A stretch of 64,000 nt of DNA from Eisenbergiella tayi. GTDB lineage: Bacteria > Bacillota > Clostridia > Lachnospirales > Lachnospiraceae. Both the position numbers and the translations under genes were made by a program. Location: assembly GCF_001881565.1 (NCBI RefSeq), contig NZ_MPDJ01000001.1, positions 125,966-189,965 on the forward strand, written 5' to 3'. Below the pieces are notes generated by a model, which was not told the origin of the DNA, ran no database searches, and saw only the letters and a program-made list of their open reading frames with translations. How positions within the stretch are numbered: position 1 is the first letter of the stretch; each line of letters begins with the position of its first letter. Below, one piece after another: positions 9,281-17,600 of this stretch.

Positions 9281-10435
9281 TTACCAGTACTGTTCCCAAT
9301 CCTTTGACAACCTGGTCAACGCCTCCATATAAAAATAATCTCCCCAGGAGTTGCATTCATCCACACCGCAGTGGTTGCAGGTATTGTAAGGAGAATGGTT
9401 GGAATAGGTGCTGTGGAGCACCAGGCCGTTGGAAGTTTCGTGATCCTTTACGGCATAATTGTCATAAATGGATTTCATGATTTCAGATGCTTTTGTCCTG
9501 TAATAGTCAGCATCTTCTTCCGGCAGGTACTTCGCCATTTCCAGCATACCGCAGGCCGCTATGACAGCAGCGGAGGAATCCCTGGGCTGATCGGAACCGT
9601 CGGTAAATTCAAAATCCCAGTAGGGTACCAGATCCTCCGGCAGGTGTTCCAGGAAATAGCCGGTTACGGTACGAAAAGCATCCACATATTTGGCCTCTTT
9701 GGTGTACCGGTAGCCCAGCGCCGTTCCGTAAACACCCCAGGCCTGTCCTCTTGCCCAGGCGGATCCGTCTCTGTAGCCCTGGCAGGTAGCCCCGTGATCC
9801 GGTTCTCCGGTTTCCATATTGAAGAAAAAGGTATGCCAGGTGGAACCGTCCTCGCGGATGACATTGGCTAAAGCGGTATGGATGTGTTTTTCTGCTATAT
9901 CCCTGTACTTGCTGTCACCGGTTTCTTCGGATGCCCAGTACAGAAGCGGGAGGTTCAGAAGGCAGTCGATGATCAGGCGGTAGTTTTCCGGGGCATTCAT
10001 AGCGCCCCAGGCCTGGATGAATTCTCCTTTTTCATGAAAACGGCTGATGAGCTGGTCTGCGGCTTTGATCGCCGCTTCTCTTCCTGTCCGGTTTCCTGTG
10101 AGTTTCCAGGCTGCAACGCAGGACGGGGTGTATAAAAAGCCCATATCGTGGTGGTCTACCATGATTTTGTTATCGATGCGGCGGAGGTAGTCCTTTACCT
10201 GTATCTCCGCCGCTTTCCGGAAGGCCTCATCTTTGGTATGTTCATAGGCAAGCCATATTTCTCCGGTCCAGAATCCGTTGGTCCAGTCCACGTTATCGAT
10301 GGGCTCGTAGAAATGATTCACGCTGTAGGCATTCTGGAATTTATCCGTAAACTGCGGCAGATACTTTTTTATCTGCGCGGCGGAAAAATCCAGCGCCTGT
10401 TTGATTTCCCCCTGGGTTAATTTCTGATAATCCAT
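9281..10435 (-). CDS. ugl: Glycoside hydrolase family 88 unsaturated glucuronyl hydrolase
   Basis: Blocks shared with characterised unsaturated glucuronyl hydrolase: NVDWTNGFWTGEIW, DHHDMGFLY, IQAWG...IIDCLLNLPLLYWASEETGD, RGQAWGVYGTALGYRY, WGDYFYMEALTRL. Confidence 0.85.
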   Translation of the reverse strand: MDYQKLTQGEIKQALDFSAAQIKKYLPQFTDKFQNAYSVNHFYEPIDNVDWTNGFWTGEIWLAYEHTKDEAFRKAAEIQVKDYLRRIDNKIMVDHHDMGFLYTPSCVAAWKLTGNRTGREAAIKAADQLISRFHEKGEFIQAWGAMNAPENYRLIIDCLLNLPLLYWASEETGDSKYRDIAEKHIHTALANVIREDGSTWHTFFFNMETGEPDHGATCQGYRDGSAWARGQAWGVYGTALGYRYTKEAKYVDAFRTVTGYFLEHLPEDLVPYWDFEFTDGSDQPRDSSAAVIAACGMLEMAKYLPEEDADYYRTKASEIMKSIYDNYAVKDHETSNGLVLHSTYSNHSPYNTCNHCGVDECNSWGDYFYMEALTRLSKDWEQYW

Positions 10436-10458
10436 AAGCTTCTCCTTTTCTTCTTTCC

Positions 10459-10735
10459 GTCAGAGTTCACAGCAGCCCTATGCATCGTATATTCCTCCGG
10501 CCGGCTTGCCTTCCCGCTGCGTTTTCCCTCTCCGGCGGGTCTATATACCTGCGCAGGCACGTTCTCACTCTGCTAAAAACGCAGCGGTACTAAGATTGTA
10601 CAAAACACAATCTAAGAACCGGCGTTTTTAGAAGGCCTTTGCAGGGTATACAGACCCGCCGGAGAGGGAAAACGCAGCGGGAAGGCAAGCCGGCCGGGGG
10701 AATATACGATGCATAGGGCTGCTGTGGACTCTGAC
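10459..10735. repeat. Long-hairpin intergenic repeat element, copy A: ~83 bp inverted arms (2 mismatches) around a conserved asymmetric core
   Basis: The left arm 10459..10540 is the reverse complement of the right arm 10652..10735. The core 10541..10651 is the reverse complement of the cores at 35961..36068 and 59753..59846. GC-rich in an AT-rich intergenic region. Confidence 0.8.
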
Positions 10736-10943
10736 TTTTTTACATACTGCAGCAATTGGTTGCTGTAATGATAATTGTATCATATCATCTTGCGGTGTCC
10801 GGTGTCCAGAGTGAGGCTGAAAATGAAGTGCGGATGAAATAGGGGCGAATGAAAAGGCTTGAAAATGCCTTCGGCGGCGGGGATGGGCGGGAGGCGGGAG
10901 CGGTTAGTGATGACAATATTTAAGAGGAATTATTTTTATGTGC

Positions 10944-10995
10944 TTGACATTGGCTGGGGGGTGAGTTATTGTATTATTATATTAATACAATAACT
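10944..10995 (+). promoter_or_regulatory. Candidate sigma-70 promoter for the CPBP gene, overlapped by a perfect 13 bp inverted repeat (operator-like)
   Basis: TTGACA at ~10944, 17 nt spacer, then TATTGT. The inverted repeat is gagttattgtatt-N8-aatacaataactc at ~10962..10995. Confidence 0.4.
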
Positions 10996-11022
10996 CAACA
11001 AGCAAACTTAAGGAGGTTCTTT

Positions 11023-11631
11023 ATGGATATGGTATCGATGTTTTTTAATGTGATTTCTCAGGTTCTTATGTTCTCTCTGATTCCTTTTATATGGTGGCTG
11101 GTTACGGCGAGACGGAAGGAAAATTTTTTCTCGTGGATCGGGCTGAAGGGTGTCAGGGGCAGCTGGCTGGCTGTGGGCGGGTGTATTTTGTTTTTCTTCG
11201 TGCTTTGTGTTGTTTCGCAGGTGTGGTGGATTCCTCATCTGCTGCCGGCGAATGCTACGGTGCAGAGTTCTTATGCAGGGATGGGATGGAGCGCTTTTCC
11301 CTCTGCCTTTCTTTTTGGGATGATTCAGACGGGGCTTTCGGAGGAGATTTTGTTCCGGGGGTTTATTGGGAAAAGGTTGATTGCTAAGTTTGGGTTCGCT
11401 GTGGGGAATGTGGTCCAGGGGCTGTTGTTCGGGGCGCTTCATGGGGTTATGTTTTTCTTTGTGACTACGCCGTTGAAGGCTTTGGTAATTACTTTGATTA
11501 CGGGGTTCAGCGGGTGGCTGCTGGGGTGGCTGACGGAAAAGGGATCCGGAGGATCTATTGTGCCTGGGTGGATGGCGCATGGGGTGGGGAATCTGGTGCT
11601 TTCTATGGTGCAGGCGTTTGGGTGGCTGTGA
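11023..11631 (+). CDS. CPBP family intramembrane glutamic endopeptidase (CAAX protease / Abi family)
   Basis: Motif 1 EEILFRGF. Motif 2 FGALHG. Conserved His in MAHGVGN. Multiple TM helices. AAGGAGG ribosome-binding site 6 nt before ATG 11023 (ORF extends to 10969). Confidence 0.75.
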   Translation: MDMVSMFFNVISQVLMFSLIPFIWWLVTARRKENFFSWIGLKGVRGSWLAVGGCILFFFVLCVVSQVWWIPHLLPANATVQSSYAGMGWSAFPSAFLFGMIQTGLSEEILFRGFIGKRLIAKFGFAVGNVVQGLLFGALHGVMFFFVTTPLKALVITLITGFSGWLLGWLTEKGSGGSIVPGWMAHGVGNLVLSMVQAFGWL

Positions 11632-11644
11632 TGATAAGGGGAGA

Positions 11645-11671
11645 CGGGCAGGGGCGCTGGCGCTGCCTGCC
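11645..11671. repeat. 27 nt direct repeat, copy 1 (cgggcaggggcgctggcgctgcctgcc); small GC hairpin
   Basis: Exact match to 12927..12953 in the same orientation. Lies just after the CPBP stop codon. Confidence 0.7.
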
Positions 11672-11813
11672 GTTCCTTTGGGTTTGCATCCGCCCATTTA
11701 ATCCGCTTTCGGGGATGGGCGGATGTTCTGCGGCCACTGGTTTAACGGCTCCGCTGCCGTGCAGCAGGTGCACGGCAGGGTCTGAACGGTAACCGGTTGC
11801 CTGCCGCCGCGGT

Positions 11814-12837
11814 TTACTCTCCGTCTGACGCAGTCAGCAGCTCTAATATGGCGTTCACCTCGTCTAACTCCAGATAGCAGGTTATCATGGTATAGTAGCA
11901 GGCTCCATCGGACCACTCGGAAACAATAACCCCTTCTGAAGGGCCGGTCATTTGAGCTATTTCCACGTTTATCCCGTTATGTTCCACGGGTTGGAAATCT
12001 TCATCGTCAAATTCAGTTTCTCTTTGGCGGCCGGTGATAAGATCAATGCTGGTATATACAAGGCCGCATTTATATGAAATAAAACCGGATTCGGTGTCGT
12101 CCGTAATTCCGAAATACACAGGCTCGAAATGGTCGTAGCCTTCGGGGAGTTCCAATATGGCAATTCCTAATTCTTCCTCTAGCTGCTTCGTATCCTCCCG
12201 GGGGGTGGTTCCGGGATAGGTTCGTTCAAAGCCGATCTGTTCCAGGTAATTTCGCTGTGACATCTGGCTGAGTTCGTATATGTATTCATTGATAAAGTCG
12301 TTTTCATTGATGCCCGTTACGGTAACGGCGTAGGAGTAGTCAGCGTCTTCCCACCATGCGATGAAGGTGTCATCTGATTTCCCGTAATGGCAGGGCATGC
12401 CGTCGTATTCCAGCTCTTTATAGGCCACATCGTACCAGCCGGTAATGTCTCCGGAGCCTTCCTGCTGGCGGATGACAACGTCTCTGCCGGCAACCTTGCA
12501 TTGGATTTCTCCCAGGGTGCCGTCAATTATGTAGTAGTGAGGGTCTTCTTCTGCGTAGTAGGCGGGAAGGTCCAGCATGGTGAAGGAGAGCGTGGACTGG
12601 AGTTCCATTATATCCGACATTTCTTCCATGGGGTTGGGGAGGGTGATTTCGTTGGCGGGTTGGGTGGAAGGCGATGAGGATATGGGTTCCTGAATTTCCT
12701 GAGTTTCCTTCGTTTCCTGAGGGATGGGCTGGGCGGAGGCAGGGGTACAGGCGGGGAGCAGAAGGGGGATAAGGAGGAGGGGGATAAGATGAATGGGACG
12801 GGGGGATGGGGTGGGGGTGTTTTTAGTTTTTTTTCAT
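11814..12837 (-). pseudogene. Putative proline-rich lipoprotein; start codon and lipoprotein signal are 1 nt out of frame with the body through an A8 homopolymer (phase-OFF or sequencing error)
   Basis: AGGAG ribosome-binding site then ATG at 12837. ATG AAAAAAAA reaches a stop after 4 codons. With 7 A's it reads MKKTKNTPTPSPRPIHLIPLLLIPLLLPACTPASAQ... (lipobox LLPAC), continuous with ORF 11814..12629. Confidence 0.5.
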
Positions 12838-12926
12838 AGGGGGCTCCTTTCCTATTTTGGTTTTTGGGTTTTGGGGTTAATGGTATTATAGGGGGGAGAG
12901 TGCACCAAAAGAGTATCAAAGGGAAG

Positions 12927-12953
12927 CGGGCAGGGGCGCTGGCGCTGCCTGCC
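12927..12953. repeat. 27 nt direct repeat, copy 2
   Basis: Identical to 11645..11671. Lies upstream of the lipoprotein start. Confidence 0.7.
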
Positions 12954-12995
12954 CTGGGGAGGTGGGGTGTTGGGGGAGGCCGGCGGTGTACAGCC

Positions 12996-13100
12996 TATGA
13001 AAACAACGGATGGTCCGCAGAGCGAGCCATCCGTTGTTCAAGAAGCGAAAGGAAGGACCGGAGGGAGAGCGAGCTCTTCCTCCGGTCCTTCCTTTCGCTT
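12996..13100 (-). terminator. Tandem hairpins downstream of gltD (terminator region)
   Basis: Hairpin 1 aacaacggatgg...ccatccgttgtt (13002..13038) has a T-run on the minus strand. Hairpin 2 has a 22 bp stem (13042..13063 with 13079..13100) and a T-run on the plus strand. Confidence 0.6.
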
Positions 13101-13113
13101 CTTTTCGCACCGC

Positions 13114-14607
13114 CTACTGGGGCGACACGTTTGTATACCCCATCAGACTCTCATCAACTTCTCTTGCTGCTTCTCTGCCTTCTCTTATGGCCCACACGAC
13201 AAGTGATTGACCTCTGTGCATATCGCCTGTAACAAATATTTTATCAGCGTTTGTCTTATACTTTCCGTCTTCCGTCTTAACATTAGTGCGTGCATTGAGT
13301 TCTACTTTAAATGCGTCGGTAATGTATTTTTGGCTTCCCAGAAATCCGGCTGCGATGAGTACGATGTCGGCATCGAGTATTTGTTCGGTGTCGGGTATTT
13401 CTTTCATGTTCATTCTTCCGGTTTTTGGGTCTTTTTCTTGTTTTAGTTTTACGATTTTAACGGCCTTGAGGTTTCCGTTTTTGTCTTTGATGAATTCCTT
13501 GACTGTGGATTCATAAATTCTCGGGTCGTGGCCGTAGAGGGCTATTGCTTCTTCCTGGCCGTAGTCGGTTTTGCAGATTTTGGGCCATTCGGGCCAGGGG
13601 TTGTCTTCGGCTCTCTGGTCGGGGGCTTTGGGCATCATTTCTATTTGTGTCACGGATTTGCAGCCGTGGCGGATGGATGTTCCCACGCAGTCGTTGCCGG
13701 TGTCGCCGCCTCCGATGATGATGACATTTTTGCCTTTTGTCTCCACGTATTTTCCGTCGGTGAAGTTGGAATCGAGGAGGCTTTTGGTGTTGGCAGTAAG
13801 GAAATCAACGGCAAAGTAGATTCCTTTTGCGTCGCGGCCGGGGGCGTTCAGATCTCTGGGGTTGGATGCTCCGCAGGCAAGTATGATGCGATCGTATTCC
13901 TTCAGGAGCTGGGAGGGTTTGATGTCTTTTCCCACGTCAATTCCGGTGAGGAAGGTGACGCCCTCTTCTTCCATGATTTTTACTTTGCGCTGTACGATAT
14001 CTTTTTCCAGTTTCATGTTGGGTATTCCGTACATGAGCAGGCCGCCGATACGATCGGAACGTTCGTAAACGGTGACTGTATGGCCTCGTTTGTTGAGCTG
14101 GTCGGCGGCTGCCAGGCCGGAGGGGCCGCTTCCTATGACAGCCACTTTTTTGCCGGTGCGCTGTTTAGGTGGTTTGGGGGCGGCATAGCCTTTTTCGTAG
14201 GCATTTTCAATGATGGCGTATTCGTTTTCCTTGGTGGAAACGGGTTCGCCGTTGAGGCCGCAGGTGCAGGCCGCCTCGCAGAGGGCGGGGCATACGCGGG
14301 CCGTAAATTCGGGGAAATTATTTGTCTTTTTCAGGCGTTCGTAGGCCTGTTCCCAGTTTCCGGTGTATACCAGGTCGTTCCATTCCGGCACCAGGTTGTG
14401 CAGAGGGCAGCCGGACGCCATTCCGCAGAGCATCATGCCGGACTGGCAGAAGGGCACGCCGCATTCCATACAGCGTGCACCCTGAAGCTGCTGTTCCTCT
14501 CTGGACAGGTGCTGGTGGAATTCATTAAAGTGTTTGATTCTGCTCGCCGGTTCTTCAGCACGGCTTACTTTTCTATCATAATCCATAAATCCGGTTGGTT
14601 TTCCCAT
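13114..14607 (-). CDS. gltD: Glutamate synthase (NADPH) small subunit
   Basis: N-terminal 4Fe-4S cysteine clusters. FAD/NAD Rossmann motifs VAVIGSGPSGLAAA and IIGGGDTGNDC. Typical MGKPTGF start chosen, with a GAGGAAG ribosome-binding site (ORF extends to 14673). Confidence 0.9.
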   Translation of the reverse strand: MGKPTGFMDYDRKVSRAEEPASRIKHFNEFHQHLSREEQQLQGARCMECGVPFCQSGMMLCGMASGCPLHNLVPEWNDLVYTGNWEQAYERLKKTNNFPEFTARVCPALCEAACTCGLNGEPVSTKENEYAIIENAYEKGYAAPKPPKQRTGKKVAVIGSGPSGLAAADQLNKRGHTVTVYERSDRIGGLLMYGIPNMKLEKDIVQRKVKIMEEEGVTFLTGIDVGKDIKPSQLLKEYDRIILACGASNPRDLNAPGRDAKGIYFAVDFLTANTKSLLDSNFTDGKYVETKGKNVIIIGGGDTGNDCVGTSIRHGCKSVTQIEMMPKAPDQRAEDNPWPEWPKICKTDYGQEEAIALYGHDPRIYESTVKEFIKDKNGNLKAVKIVKLKQEKDPKTGRMNMKEIPDTEQILDADIVLIAAGFLGSQKYITDAFKVELNARTNVKTEDGKYKTNADKIFVTGDMHRGQSLVVWAIREGREAAREVDESLMGYTNVSPQ

Positions 14608-14692
14608 GTCTTCCTCACTTTCTGCCGCTGGCTGCGGTATTTTTCCATGAAAATGACTGTTCAGTCTTTTCACAGTATGAAAATCATGTTGG

Positions 14693-17600
14693 CTATTTTC
14701 TCATGTTGGCATAGAAGGCTTCTATCTGTGCCTGCTCGGCGCTCAGGCCTTTTTCCTCCATCTGTACGATGGTGGTGAGTACCCGTTCATAGTCATGAGA
14801 GATGATTTTCTTGAATTTAGGCAGGTATTCTTCGAAATGCTCCAGTATTTCCTTTCCTTTTTCGGAATTGGTATAGGCCACATGCTCCTGGATCATTTCC
14901 TTGAGTTCCTGTATGTCATATTTGGAGGTGATTTCATGGGAGGAAACCATTTCTTTATTCAGGCGGATGTAAAGGTCATTTCCTTCATCCAGCACATAAG
15001 CGATGCCGCCGCTCATGCCCGCCGCGAAGTTCTTGCCGGTATGGCCCAGAACCACAACGCGGCCTCCTGTCATATATTCACAGCCATGGTCTCCCACACC
15101 CTCCACTACAGCCAGACAGCCGGAATTGCGGACAGCAAACCGTTCTCCTGCCACACCGTTCACAAATACCTTTCCGCTGGTGGCCCCGTACAGGGCTACG
15201 TTTCCGATGATGATATTTTCTTCGGACTTGAAGCGGCTTCCTTTGGGAGGGTATACGATCAGCTTGCCGCCGGAAAGCCCTTTTCCGAAATAGTCGTTGC
15301 TGTCGCCTACCAGTTCCAGTGTAAGGCCCTTGGGAATGAAAGCGCCGAAGCTCTGGCCGCCTGCGCCCTTGCACAGAACGCGGTAGGTATCATCCTCCAG
15401 TGAGGTTCCGAATTTTCTTGTGATCTCGGAACCCAGTATGGTGCCGAAAGCGCGGTCGGTATTGGCGACGTCCACTTCTATGCTGCGTTTCTGTCCGTTC
15501 TCCATAGCCTTGGTCATTTGTTTCAGAAGGACTTTTTCATCCAGTGTCTTTTCCAGGGCAAAATCATATACCTTTTTCGGGTCGAAAATGGAGCCCGGTT
15601 TTCCGGCATAGGGATTGCCCAGAATTCCGCTGATGTCTATTTTTTTCTGGGCCGGGGTCAGGTTTTCTTTTTGGGCAAGAAGATCCGTTCTTCCCACCAG
15701 TTCGTCAACGCTGCGTACACCCAGCTTCGCCATATATTCCCGCAGTTCTTCCGCGATGAAACGCATGAAGTTGATGACATATTCCGGTTTTCCGCGGAAC
15801 CGCTTGCGCAGCTCCGGGTTCTGGGTTGCCACGCCCACGGGGCAGGTGTCCAGGTTGCAGACACGCATCATGACACAGCCCATGGTGATGAGGGGCGCTG
15901 TTGCAAAACCGAATTCTTCCGCACCCAGGATTGCGGCAATCGCCACATCCCGGCCGCTCATCAGCTTACCGTCGGTTTCAATGCGTACCCGCTGGCGCAG
16001 GCCGTTCTGGATAAGGGTCTGATGGGTTTCCGAGAGCCCCAGCTCCCAGGGAAGTCCCGCATTATGGATGGAGCTCTTGGGAGCGGCTCCTGTTCCTCCG
16101 TCATAGCCGGAAATCAGGATGACCTGTGCGCCGGCCTTGGCAACGCCTGCCGCTACGGTGCCCACTCCTGCTTCGGATACCAGTTTCACGGAAATTCTTG
16201 CATATTTATTGGCATTTTTCAGATCATAGATCAATTGCGCCAGATCCTCGATAGAATAAATGTCATGGTGCGGGGGCGGGGAAATCAGGCCGACGCCGGG
16301 TGTGGAGTGCCTTGTTTTGGCAACCCATGGGTATACCTTTCCTCCGGGCAGATGGCCGCCTTCGCCGGGTTTTGCTCCCTGCGCCATTTTGATCTGGATT
16401 TCCTGAGCGCTTACCAGATACTGGCTGGTAACGCCGAAACGGCCGCTGGCAACCTGCTTGATGGCAGAACAGCGGTTTAAGCCGTCCGGGCCTACGCTGA
16501 GGCGTTCCACGTCTTCTCCGCCTTCGCCGGAATTGGATTTTCCATGAAGGATATTCATGGCAATAGCCATCGTTTCATGGGCTTCCTTGGAGATGGAGCC
16601 ATAGGACATGGCACCGGTTTTAAAACGGGTGACAATGGAGTCCACGCTTTCCACTTCCTCCAGGGGAATTCCTTTTTCCGGATATTTGAAATCCATCAGG
16701 CCCCGCAGGTTTTTGATGGAATTTTCGTCATTCACCAGGGCCGTATACTGCTTGAAGAGTTCATAATCCCCTCTTCTGGTGGCCTCCTGCAGTGTATGGA
16801 TGGTGGCAGGATTGTAGAGATGTTCATCGCCGCCGCTTCTCATTTTATGATGTCCCGGGCTGTCCAGAGTGAGATCTGTGGCAAGGCCGAGGGGGTCGAA
16901 GGCCATGGAGTGGAGGGCATCCACTTCCTTTTCCATATCCTCTAAGGAGGTGCCGCCAATACGGCATACTGTGTTCGTAAAGTACTTATTTATCACATCC
17001 TCATCAATGCCGATGGCTTCGAAAATCTGGGAGCCCTGGTAGGACTGGATGGTGGAAATTCCCATTTTGGATGCGATTTTTACAATACCGTTTAAAATGG
17101 CTTTGTTATAGTCATTCACTGCGGCATAGTAATCCTTATCCAGCATTTTGTTGTCGATGAGCTCTTTAATGCTCTCCTGGGCCAGATAGGGATTGATGGC
17201 GCAGGCACCGTAGCCGAGAAGGGTTGCAAAATGGTGGACATCCCTGGGCTCGCCGGATTCCAGAATCAAAGCCACGCTGGTGCGTTTTTTCGTTTTGACA
17301 AGATGCTGGTTCAGTGCGGATACGGCCAGCAGGGAAGGAATTGCCACATGGTTTTCGTCCACCCCTCTGTCGGAGAGGATCAGAATGTTGGCGCCTTCCC
17401 GGTATACCCGGTCCGCTTCCACAAACAGACGCTCAATCGCCCGCTCCAGCTTCGTATTTTTATAATAGGTAATGGGAACAACCGCCGTTTTGAAGCCGTC
17501 TTCCTTCATACTTTTTATTTTCATCAGATCCGTATTGGTCAGAATCGGATTATTTACTTTTAATACATTGCAGTTTTTCGCCTTTTCTTCCAGGACATCT

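Noticed and set aside
11008-11697. 229 aa Pro/Arg/His-rich minus-strand ORF
   Set aside because: Antisense to the CPBP protease gene. Low-complexity mirror ORF.
13528-14778. 416 aa plus-strand ORF, rich in Gly, Ala and Val
   Set aside because: Entirely antisense to gltD, which has conserved Fe-S and FAD motifs. Composition is typical of reverse-strand reading of GC-rich coding DNA. No ribosome-binding site.
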